This document shows, one piece after another, positions 54,201-64,000 of a DNA stretch of 64,000 bases. Each line of letters begins with the position of its first letter. The first letter of the stretch is position 1. The notes under the pieces were generated by a model. That model had not been told where the DNA came from and searched no databases. It saw only the letters and a program-made list of their open reading frames with translations. The DNA is from Spizellomyces punctatus DAOM BR117. Its lineage: Eukaryota. Location: NCBI GenBank assembly GCA_000182565.2, contig KQ257457.1. One strand, 5' to 3'. The position numbers were made by a program, and so were the translations under genes.

Positions 54201-54988
54201 TCGTATCTGGAAGTACAGATCAACCAAATGAGCTGTTGTTTACGCCCCGGTATAAGGTGGAAGAGTTCCGTACCCTCGATGAGTAGCAAGGTCAAAGGCT
54301 ACGCTAAGACCTTGTTGCCCAGCGGCCAAGTTCTTCTTGTAGAAAGCGTTGCTTTCTTCCACAGTACTGAACCCCGCATACTGCAGGACAACACTTTCTG
54401 AATGATATTATCAAAATTCTCTGCAATTATTGATGGCTACATACTTGGCGAATCGTCCAAGGTCGATTTGTGTACATCGAAGCATAAGGTCCTTCAAAAT
54501 GATCAGATTGACAGGGGGCGACATGATAACCGTCAGAATATCACCAAGTTTACCTCGGGTAAAAGGAAATTTGCCTGGTATCTCTTCAGGTACGTCCGCA
54601 ACATCAGCCTTTGTATACAATGGTTTGACAGGTATTCCCTACAAGTATTGCAGCCGTTGTGAGCAATATTGTGCCGCCCGGTTAAGAGATCTGAACCGTC
54701 CCGGACCTCTGAAGTATTCCACGTCAGATCGATCGGGTCTTTTCCCTTGAGCTCCTTCTTAACTAAGTCTACCCATTCTTGGTTCATAGGAACTTTGAAT
54801 TTAGGAGCAGCCGTGGCCAGAGCGCGGATATGTGATCGCTACACACACGGCGTTTACAGAATAATAGAGTTCAGTGAGAAAAGATATTTGGCGTACAGCA
54901 CACCTGCCATTGTCCTTACTCTTATGCAGGCTAGGTGCCCAAGCAGCGCAGGACGCTGTGGTCGCTTTCTTGACAACGGACGCAGCAT
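51259..54988 (-). CDS. MMUT: Methylmalonyl-CoA mutase (adenosylcobalamin-dependent), multi-exon
   Basis: [50 protein letters not shown], and the B12 motif [14 protein letters not shown]. Confidence 0.97.
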
Positions 54989-55208
54989 TTTTCCTGTCCA
55001 GCGCCTAGATGATCGAGACAACACTGTGGTGTATACATGGTGGTTAGTTGCTGGGGTTATTACTGTAAGCGTGATCACGGGACTTGCTGGGCCAGCACAT
55101 CACCGATACAGGCGCACTTCTTGGCTGGTGCAAGATTTTTGATCAGCGACGGACCTGCCTACGCCTCCAATAACATCACTTGGCGGCATAAGGCCTCCAG
55201 GCCATAAA

Positions 55209-58200
55209 ATGGCAACTGCAATATTGGATTCAGCGTTAATACTGGATGCTTGTCAGTACGCAATATTTGGATCCGATTGCCATACGGGCGTGATACACAC
55301 TTTTAATCGGGCCGCCGAGTGCCTTACCGGCTTTGATTCGTCGGAAGTCATCGGTATCTTGTCTCCACTTCATTTTTTGGACCCAGCGGACGTTCAGGCG
55401 TATAAGACAGTTCTATCGCAGGCCCAACGCTGTGGAGTGCCACAAGAACTTGCCGCTACGTAGGTCGACAGTGCTCTTCTTGGTTGGTTCAACTCTCAAC
55501 TGATTTCCTTTCTAGGTATATTCGAAAAGACAGCTCGCGTGTGCCTGTGAAGCTCTCTGTTAACTGTGTCGGCGCCTCACGCTCTCGTGACGCCCCTATC
55601 GTTGGGTTCGTAGCGGTGGCTGTTGATATGTCTGAACAGAAGCGCATGGAAAAGCAAATGCGCGAGCTATCGACGGCAATGGAGAATGCAGTGGAAGGAA
55701 TAGCTCGTGTGGACGTAAAAGGGCATTACACTCTTGTAAATAAAGCATATGCAGCAACACTGCTGTATGATCCCGAGGAGCTGATTGGAAAAAGCTGGGA
55801 GTCCACGTTATACCGTGACTCAGAAGAAAAAGTCAATGAAGCATATCGAAGCATGATCAAAGAAGGAAGAGGGGTGGCAGAAGTGCGTGCGGTGCGACGG
55901 GATGGGCAGACGTTTTACAAAGAAGTAACGCTGGTACCATGCTACGACGACGATAAAGGGGAAATTGTCGGACATTATTGTTTCATGAGAGACATCACAG
56001 ACAGAAAAACACAAGAGGAAAGTCTTCGCATCAGCCAGTTACGTCTCCAGGAGGCCCAGGTATGTCTATTTTCTGCTGTTTGTCTTGACTGCCGATCTCA
56101 TGTTTTCTTTTATTGCCTTTTTGCAGGCAATCGCTCATCTCGGATCGTGGGAATATAATGTTGCGACAGGTTTGCATTATTTCGGTCTTTCGCCTCGAAC
56201 TTCCCACAAACATACCTAAGTCGGCATAGGCTCCATAAGTTGGAGTGACGAACTTTGTAGGATATTTGGAATAGAACCCACCGAACGCAGTGGTAGCAAG
56301 AACTTTGGCATGGAGGTGGGGCATCACCTATGAACCCTGATTAGTCATCATCACGTTTCTAACTGGTTCTGAATCTAGGAATACATGCAGCTCCTGGTGG
56401 ACGAAGATCGACCATTGATATTATCTTCCATTGACCAGTGTGTGCAAACAGGAACTCCTTATGAGGTGGATCATCGTATACGACGAGCGGATGGGCATGT
56501 CCGCGTCCTTTGCGGACGGGGCCGTGGTATTATGGATGCAGAAGGCCGTCTGACCAAGTTGATAGGCACAGCACAGGATGTGACGGAACAAAAACAAACA
56601 GAGCGTGAACTTATTGCGGCAAAAGAAGAGGCCCTGGAAGCATCGAGACACAAATCTGCTTTCCTACGGAATATGTATGGATTCCTATAAAAGGCATTTA
56701 CAAATTGGGCATAGGGGTTCTTACGCAGTTCATTCCGCAGGTCTCACGAAGTTCGAACTCCAATCAATGGCATTACCGGGTAAGATCAAAATGATTCTGG
56801 GTTTGCCAATTTCAATTTAGTCCTTATGGTATCTCATCCATTTGTGCAGAATGACGTCCTTGGTAGGACGTGCAGGTTGATGACTTCTTTTCGCCTTGCT
56901 CATGCTCTTGGCCTTTTCAGCTATTGCAAACGAATCTTACACCTGAGCAAGCGGAGTACGCCAATGGGATTCGAGCGTCTGCTAGCGTTCTTTTGACGGT
57001 GGTTAACGATATCCTTGATTTCAGGTGAGATATCTGCGGTTTAGCAACTAAGCTACAGTAATAGTCGATTATTAATTCCGTTGGTTCAGTAAAGTTGAAG
57101 CGGGGAAGATAGAACTGGAACGAATCCCGTTCACAATAGCAGAAGTGGTTGCCGACGTAGCACGCATGACGTCATGCGTAGCGGAGCCTAAAGGACTGGC
57201 CCTCGAAGTTGAAGTGACCGATGAAGGACAGACGCTTGTGATAGGAGATCCAAATCGTTTGAGTCAAATACTCATAAACTTGACAAACAACGCAATCAAG
57301 GTAGGGGAGAGATCAGTAGTAGATATGATCATCTGGGCTCATATATCATGGTGTACAGTTCACTGAAAGGGGAAAGGTGACAATACGGGTCCGCCGAATA
57401 TCAGCATTAAGAAAACCTCTCTCACGCGCGGCAAGTGAGGTTGGCGATAGTTTAGATGGAACAGATAGATCACATAGCGATGACAATCAAAGAGAGGCCC
57501 ACCCTTCAAGCATACCTTTCCTGTTCGAGGTAATTGATACTGGGATTGGAATATCACCGGAAGCGCAGAAACGGCTCTTCGTGCCTTTTTCGCAGGCAGA
57601 CTCGTCAACAACCAGGTTGCTTCACTTTTAAACTCGGAACGGTGTTGATCATGGATCACTCACCCTTCGACATAGGAAATTTGGGGGAACAGGGCTGGGG
57701 CTCTCGATTTGTAAATCGTTTGTTACATTGATGGTAAGCGTGGTGTTCCCAGTTATGCTTAACACCGTGATACACGATCATGTAATTCGTTGAACTAGAA
57801 CGGGTTGATCGATGTGGATAGTACGGAGGGTCATGGGTCAAGGTTCTACTTTATGGTCGAGTTCCCTGTCGTGGAATCAAATCATCCGAATCCTCCACCC
57901 AATGGCTGCGTGACAGCGGCCTCCCACAGTCCTTTTACCAGCAACTCAACACTGACGGACGGGCCAGAAGCTACCGAAGCTCTAACCTCAGATGACAAAT
58001 CAACTTTGCGGATCCTTGTCGTCGAGGACAATGATATGAATCGATTGATATGCGCTAAAATGTTGCAAAAACTGGGCTATGCGCAAATAACACTTGCTGT
58101 AAACGGCAAGGAATGTATTGATTTGATAAAAGCTGTAAGCGCCGAACGCTCGTCGTCGAATCCCTCGTCACATTCCAATATGTCTGCCTTCGACGTAGTA

Positions 58201-58614
58201 CTAATGGATTGCCAGATGCCTATAATGGTACTGTACTGCTGGTTGACGCCGAGCTAGCTGTCAATGTGTAATAGGTTCTCATGCTCTGTCCTTGATGTTT
58301 GCTTAGGATGGATTTGAGGCTACTCGTGAGATCAGGGCCAAACACCTTTTGGATGAATATGTGCCCATTATTGCATTGACGGCTAATGCCTTAGAAGGAG
58401 ATAGAGAGAGATGTCTGGAGAGTGGAATGGACTTCTTTCTCACAAAACCGGTGGTAATGGAAGATTTAAATATCATGGTACAGGTCAGTGTTTAATACTA
58501 AAGGACGATCTGCGATCGCGCTCCCACTAACATTTCCGGATATCCATATCCACCCCTGCCTTCCATCAGACGGCGGTGAGCGTAGCCAGAGAGAAACGGC
58601 ACTCGATTTTGTGA
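55209..58614 (+). CDS. PAS-domain hybrid sensor histidine kinase, multi-exon
   Basis: PAS/PAC repeats, H-box [35 protein letters not shown], receiver ILVVEDN..LMDCQMP..KP. Confidence 0.95.
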
Positions 58615-58778
58615 TATGACATACCTTTTTGGAACTGGATTTCATGTAGATACCTTACTGTAGATAGAATCTAGAGACTGCACTCTTATTTGGGTCACCA
58701 TATCGGGGATAAATTTGTGATGAAAATATTCAATTGCGAACATGACGATCTGCGACGCTCTGGGAGCAGAAAGTTCTG

Positions 58779-59900
58779 CTATTTGATGCAAAGTAATAGG
58801 GGACGACAAAACCCTTTGGTACCATTCATAGTGGACGCTACAACGTGATCGACCCTCCGAAAGTTGACGCGTTCAACGAGATATTTCTCGAAGTCCTCAG
58901 GCTTCAAGGTTATGTTGCGATAGTTGTTACGCATTTCATCGCTCAGTATGAGGCCACGCTTCCTATATGAGTCAAAGGGCTGCGGTTCCAAAAGAAGAAG
59001 ACCTCCGGAATTTAATGAATGAAAACATCGCTGGAAGAAGAGTTTGATGCCGTCATCCCCGTGATTAAGGTGTATCCATTTGGTCACTGAGAGTGCTAAG
59101 ATAACGTCGTATTTCAAGTCTGTGTTCGATGGATTCGGCTCATGCAACCAGTCACCGCAGCGGAACCGGACATTTAAAGGAAAGGGTTGCAAAGACCAAG
59201 ATTCGGGTGGTGCTGCGATGATTGGAAGACTTCCCAATTGTAGCAGACAACTTTTCGGGAAATACTCAAGATCCATTGACATGGGTAGGTTAACCTGATC
59301 GATGTCCATGGGATCTAATGAACTCGACTGAGCGACTTGGTCGATCTGCATCTGACCCTCTGCTCGTGTCTCAACTGACAGCCCGTGGTCTCCTGACACG
59401 GGTTGAACAAGTGAAGCTCTTTGCGCGAGGTTCATCCTCGCCTTCCTCACCAGGCCTGGATCTATGTCCACCCCCTCCACAAAAGCTGGCGAGAAGAACA
59501 TTCCCAGGGCAATGGTAAGAAAGCCCGCGTTACAGCCAACATCCAACACCTTCTTTCCCGCGAACCAGGATTTCTCAAACCAGCTTAACCGCGGATCCAC
59601 ACGCGCAAGAGGGCCGACACGTTTTGAGTAATAGTGCGCGTAGTTGCCAAGCGAATGTAGCGGCCGACGCTTTGGCGCAGGAAAAATGTTTTTAGCATTT
59701 GACTGCTTGATCTTTTCGGTCACGTTCGACGGATTCTGGTGTCGGAGTGTAGCGTCCGGGACCAGCATGGGTCGTGAAGCGCCTCCAAGAGCTTCTCGCG
59801 GCGCGAAAGCTGGTCTCCTTCTACCCCGTTGGCCAGAATTGCAACTTCTTTCATTTTCAAGATGAGCAAGGTACGGGTTCAATGGCATCTGGTCTGTCAT
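58779..59900 (-). CDS. bin3: Bin3/MePCE RNA methylphosphate capping methyltransferase
   Basis: GNY..YY, VLDVGCNAG, LSVTKWIHLNHGDDG, LEPQPFDSY. Confidence 0.93.
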   Translation of the reverse strand: MTDQMPLNPYLAHLENERSCNSGQRGRRRPAFAPREALGGASRPMLVPDATLRHQNPSNVTEKIKQSNAKNIFPAPKRRPLHSLGNYAHYYSKRVGPLARVDPRLSWFEKSWFAGKKVLDVGCNAGFLTIALGMFFSPAFVEGVDIDPGLVRKARMNLAQRASLVQPVSGDHGLSVETRAEGQMQIDQVAQSSSLDPMDIDQVNLPMSMDLEYFPKSCLLQLGSLPIIAAPPESWSLQPFPLNVRFRCGDWLHEPNPSNTDLKYDVILALSVTKWIHLNHGDDGIKLFFQRCFHSLNSGGLLLLEPQPFDSYRKRGLILSDEMRNNYRNITLKPEDFEKYLVERVNFRRVDHVVASTMNGTKGFCRPLLLCIK

Positions 59901-60098
59901 GTCTAATGACTCTGTGAGTGTGGAAATGCAAGTCAGTCAACATGTTGCACTGCACCCAAATGAATTAGCCACATTTATTGTGAATCATTGGTAATTAGGC
60001 TTAGTACAGTAGTTAGCTTTATCCAGGCTCGTTGTCGCCGCACCCAAGCAGTTGAAACCGTACTGTGTGGGCAGGTTTGATGCACAAAAGATGCACCA

Positions 60099-60163
60099 CC
60101 ATGAAAAACGGGTCCAATATGTGCGGCCATACTATGAAAACGGGTCCAATATGTGCGGCCATG
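60099..60163 (+). repeat. Two-copy ~32-bp tandem repeat
   Basis: ATGAAAA(A)CGGGTCCAATATGTGCGGCCAT twice. Confidence 0.85.
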
Positions 60164-61053
60164 AACGAATTGCCCTTGCGGCCATCTATGAGAGGAATAT
60201 TCTGTTGTTGCCACCTGCATGACGCTCCATGACTCAATATATCCGCTCTTTTTTCTATATAAACCCCCCCTCGTCCTCTTCCCCCATCCTGTTCTTTACC
60301 CTCGACTCGCAAGCATCTGCTCAACGCTCAAGCAATTCTCAAGTCCATCATGAGAATACTGCTCTGGTGCCGAGGACCTCGTCCACCCGACAAATACAAC
60401 ATAACTCCTTGCAAATGCTGCTACTACTATGTTGCTACGATCGCAGGTATATCGTTATGATTGTTCCCACGCGTATTACCAGTCTAATTCTGACTTTACT
60501 AGTATCTGAAACATCCTCCGACTAAGAATTTCGGAATCAAAGGGCGAGTAGGATTTCTCTCGTGGTGGTGGGCTTAGTTACCCGGTTGACCAACCGTGAC
60601 GTTATCGCATGTGTAATTGGGCCTAGTGATAGTTGGTTACTTGTAAGGAGATGGTAGCTACTGTACTGTACACTATTGTGTGTTATTGCCAATACACCTG
60701 CTGTCAGCACTACTGTACCCATTAGCACTCCAATTGTGGTTTCAAATGCATCACGTCAATCAATGTCGTAGAGGTGTGCCAAGCGTGGTCATCTGCAAGG
60801 TGGTGATGCCAGCTATCCTTCCTTTCTTATGAGGTACAAGTCGTGTGCTCAGCGGCTGTGTTCGCAAAGAATCTCTGCCTCTTGGAGGAAGCCTAAATTT
60901 ATGTGTGAACAATGTGCTGGTGGCCATCAAGGGGGCTATTGGAGTGATTGGCTGTATTGCCGGCTGGAGTGCAGTTCTTGCCATCCACATCCACGTGAGC
61001 ACGGTTCTTCCTCAGGATGCGAACCTTGGTAGCCTACTGACGATGCCACAACC

Positions 61054-62644
61054 ATGCGCATAGATCCCTTATCAAACAATCACGATGCGGCGACAAATGT
61101 GAACGCATCCGATGAGGAGAGATATGAGGTCAGTGCTATCGGACGTTTCGGTCTTGGACAACACAGAGTGCAAATAGCGTTAAATTTGACTAGGTTGAAG
61201 AGATTCTGGATGTGAAGAGCGTAAACGTATGCTGCCCCACTTCGGATAGGTCGTCTTTCCCATCTTCAGTTTAACTTACGCAAGCAGCGTAGCGAAGGTA
61301 TAAATATAAGCTCAAGTGGAAAGGCTACACGGAAACCTCTTGGGAGCCGGAGGAGAATCTTGATTGTCCCGACCTGTTGGCGACCTTCTGGCGGGCCCGC
61401 ACGCACAATACGCGTAAACGGAAACGTGCCGCAGATGATGCGAACCCCATAAGGTCCGAAAGAAAAGGGGGCAGTAGTGGATGTTATTTCTCAGTACCGA
61501 AATTGAACTCAGGGCCGGCTCGTAGAGGCTCTGAACAGACTTCGATCAGGCACTCGTTACAGGTAGAGCCACTGCGTTTTTTGTCTCTGTATCAATTGCA
61601 AGTATGGCTGACTGCATGACGCATGTCTTGCGATTTTCTCTCGAAGGAAATTACTCGTCAAGATTCGGATTCTTTCAGACCGCTGCCAGACACCCCACAT
61701 TGGGAAGCATGGAGAGCTTTACTAGTTGGTGCTGAGTATGAGACACTGGTCAGAAATACCTTTGATAATAGCGGACCCCCGGAAAATTTCGAATGGACGG
61801 AGAAGCTCATATATACCGGGACCGACATACCCGACTCTGAATTCACTGTCGCCTGTGAGTGTAAGGATTTTTGCGGAAAAGATTGTTTGTGCATCTTGGA
61901 GTACGACCAGCAAAATGCACCCTATGATTCTGATGGACGGGTGAAGGAAGGACCCGCTTACGGCGCCATATACGAGTGTCATAGTAGTTGTCCATGTCCT
62001 CAAGATTGTCACAATCGCGTTGTTCAAAAAGGGCGGAAGATTCCTTTGGAGATTTTCAGATGTGGGGATGCCAGAGGTTGGGGGGTAAGAACACTCCAAC
62101 GAATAGCGAAAGGACAATTTATCTCAAAGGTGAGGCGTCAGGTCTGCAGCACCCCGTCGACTTACCATCTAATTTGCAACGTCGCTTGTGTTCAAGTACG
62201 TTGGAGAAATGATTACATCTGAAGAAGCCGAGAAGCGAGGCAAGACGTACGATACAAATGGGGTGACGTTCTTGTTTGATATTGACTATGATATCGGAGA
62301 ATATGATGGCGAAGGAGCAAAGTATTGTGTGGATGCGTATCGGAAGGGAAACATCGCTCGGTTTTTCAACCATTCATGCGACCCCAATATTGCCTCGTAC
62401 GCGGTATATAATCTCCAGTATGTTCTCTCTGTGTAATCGTTGGTTCATCTATTATTCTTTGCAGGTTTTCATAGATAACTTGTCACCCGAGCAGCATCAA
62501 CTTGCTTTTTTTGCCGTGAGAGATGTGGACGAAGGAGAAGAGCTCACATTTGATTATGCAGGAAGCACAAAACCTCATAGATCAAAGCGGGCTACTGCAT
62601 GCCTCTGTGGTGCTGAAAATTGCAGAGGATTTGTACCGTTATAA
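61054..62644 (+). CDS. clr4: Clr4/SUV39-family H3K9 methyltransferase, multi-exon
   Basis: Chromodomain YEVE...[13 protein letters not shown], pre-SET Cys cluster, [23 protein letters not shown], post-[13 protein letters not shown]. Confidence 0.93.
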
Positions 62645-63469
62645 AAGTTCACTCTAACGCTCAACTATTGCGAAGTTCGTGCCGCCCAATAGCTGAGGCA
62701 CAACGTGGTTGCTGTTTGTAGACGAGTGAGAATCATCTGACAAGTATGAAGCCACTCTGCATGCGAGAGTTCATCTTTCATTTCATAGTGTTAATGCGCT
62801 TGAAAACGTTAGCTCCTCAGGAGGGTGCGGGGAACTATTGCAGATGATCACTACACAACACCAATCTTCACGTCTGGTCGGTGAGAGGGTCCTGAGTCAT
62901 ACCGAACCATTCAAACCGGATCCAAGCGCATGTTGACATAAGCTTCTCCGATGGATGGTCCACAAAACTTACGCCCGCAAGGCAGGCTATTCATCTGCTT
63001 CCAAAGACCAAATTTAGTAGAATTTCTACGACTTGGAAATCTACAGCAAGCGACAAATGTGATTCAGTCCCCAATTCTCGACATATCCAAAGGTGACACG
63101 GGCAGGCTAGTTTGCAACAAGAACATCTGTAGTCGAGCGAGATTTTAGCTGATGAGTTGGTTAAAACTGGTTGTAAGGTCAATAGTGGGGGGATGACATT
63201 ATCTGCTGCCTGCGCTGAGGTGTAAATATACTTGAATGATATATTTATATTTCTATGCAAGTGAGAAGTGGTGACTATTTTTAGTAACAATCGTTAAGGC
63301 GCCTCTTATCGCCTCATTTCCTGGCTGTTCGCAGTTGTTGTGGGACCGTTTCCCGTCCTATCCGAGAGCACTGAATCGGGGACTACAAGACGTAAATAAC
63401 AACAACACAGAAACAAAGTTAATCGATCGTTATCCTTGTCAAAAGCAGAACTTCACGTTGCGGTTTACC

Positions 63470-64000
63470 ATGATTACAGACGAGGTGATGAAGAAAGAAA
63501 CGAGTTCACCTTCTCCTTCCCCTCGCGGCATTGTAAGCTCTCCAACCAACAGCGTTAGTAAATCAATTCCTACAGGCTACCAAAAACAGCCAATTGAGAA
63601 AATGGTTCATGAGAACCAGCCGAAAGCAGCCTCACAGCCTCCAGACGTCGTTCAGCAGACAGCCAGTGCCGCGGAAGACGACGCCGTCCAAGAAAACTTC
63701 CCTTCGGGCCAGCAAATGCCAGTGGCAAGCCAAGTGGATGGTATGCCTGAGTCAGTTGATTGTGGAGAGTTGATGGATATTGACCCCGCTGAACAAGACG
63801 AAGAGGAGGATGACGAATATACAGATTCGGAAGTCAGCAGTTTGCATCCTCAAGATGAGATAGTCACTGCTAGTGACAGAAGATCTTGTGAACGTAAAGA
63901 GTCTATTTTTGAAACGTCAACCGAATCACTCCTGCGCAATGCAGAAAGAGGCCCTAGGCGCAAGCCAAAACGCAAGCGAACCTCGCCCGAACAGCTATCG
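63470..64000 (+). CDS. Probable homeodomain transcription factor (5' part)
   Basis: Open ORF ending KPKRKRTSPEQLS, the N-terminal arm/helix 1 pattern of homeodomains. Confidence 0.6.
   Translation, partial: MITDEVMKKETSSPSPSPRGIVSSPTNSVSKSIPTGYQKQPIEKMVHENQPKAASQPPDVVQQTASAAEDDAVQENFPSGQQMPVASQVDGMPESVDCGELMDIDPAEQDEEEDDEYTDSEVSSLHPQDEIVTASDRRSCERKESIFETSTESLLRNAERGPRRKPKRKRTSPEQLS

Noticed and set aside
60229-61032. Small Cys-rich gene after a TATA-like box
   Set aside because: Competing short frames and no recognisable domain
61054-62644. Functional link between clr4 and the adjacent silenced island
   Set aside because: Proximity alone, ~21 kb away with unrelated genes between

Overview
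Eukaryotic genomic DNA, most likely from a non-Dikarya fungus such as a chytrid: genes are intron-rich and include a B12-dependent methylmalonyl-CoA mutase, a hybrid histidine kinase and a Clr4. The species cannot be fixed from sequence alone. The left ~40 kb is a nested, CpG-eroded mobile-element island. An old Ty1/Copia retrotransposon (minus strand) is split in gag by a complete 21.4-kb Polinton/Maverick-like endogenous virus ('element B', 15079-36459). B has 387-bp TIRs and a CTCCTG target duplication, and encodes an RVE integrase, a TP-vOTU-pPolB, major and minor capsids, a packaging ATPase and a giant fibre. The same Copia is cut off in its integrase by the palindromic end of a second, highly divergent Polinton-like virus ('element A', <1-13509), which encodes an MCP, minor capsid, ATPase, N6-adenine MTase, C2H2 repeat protein and fibre. 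The two viruses have barely alignable capsid and ATPase genes yet share a mosaic, patch-wise near-identical fibre gene. Two copies of a third element's LTR are inserted in B's MCP and at the Copia 5' end. Several unexplained cis-patterns are visible: a TIR-derived GC module reused inside genes in different frames, a ~20-bp-periodic array, a thrice-repeated palindromic upstream motif, nested G-tract inverted repeats, and TCTA motifs before structural genes. The right ~24 kb holds ordinary host genes: two PPR proteins, a coiled-coil protein, MMUT, a PAS hybrid histidine kinase, Bin3/MePCE, Clr4 and the start of a homeobox gene.
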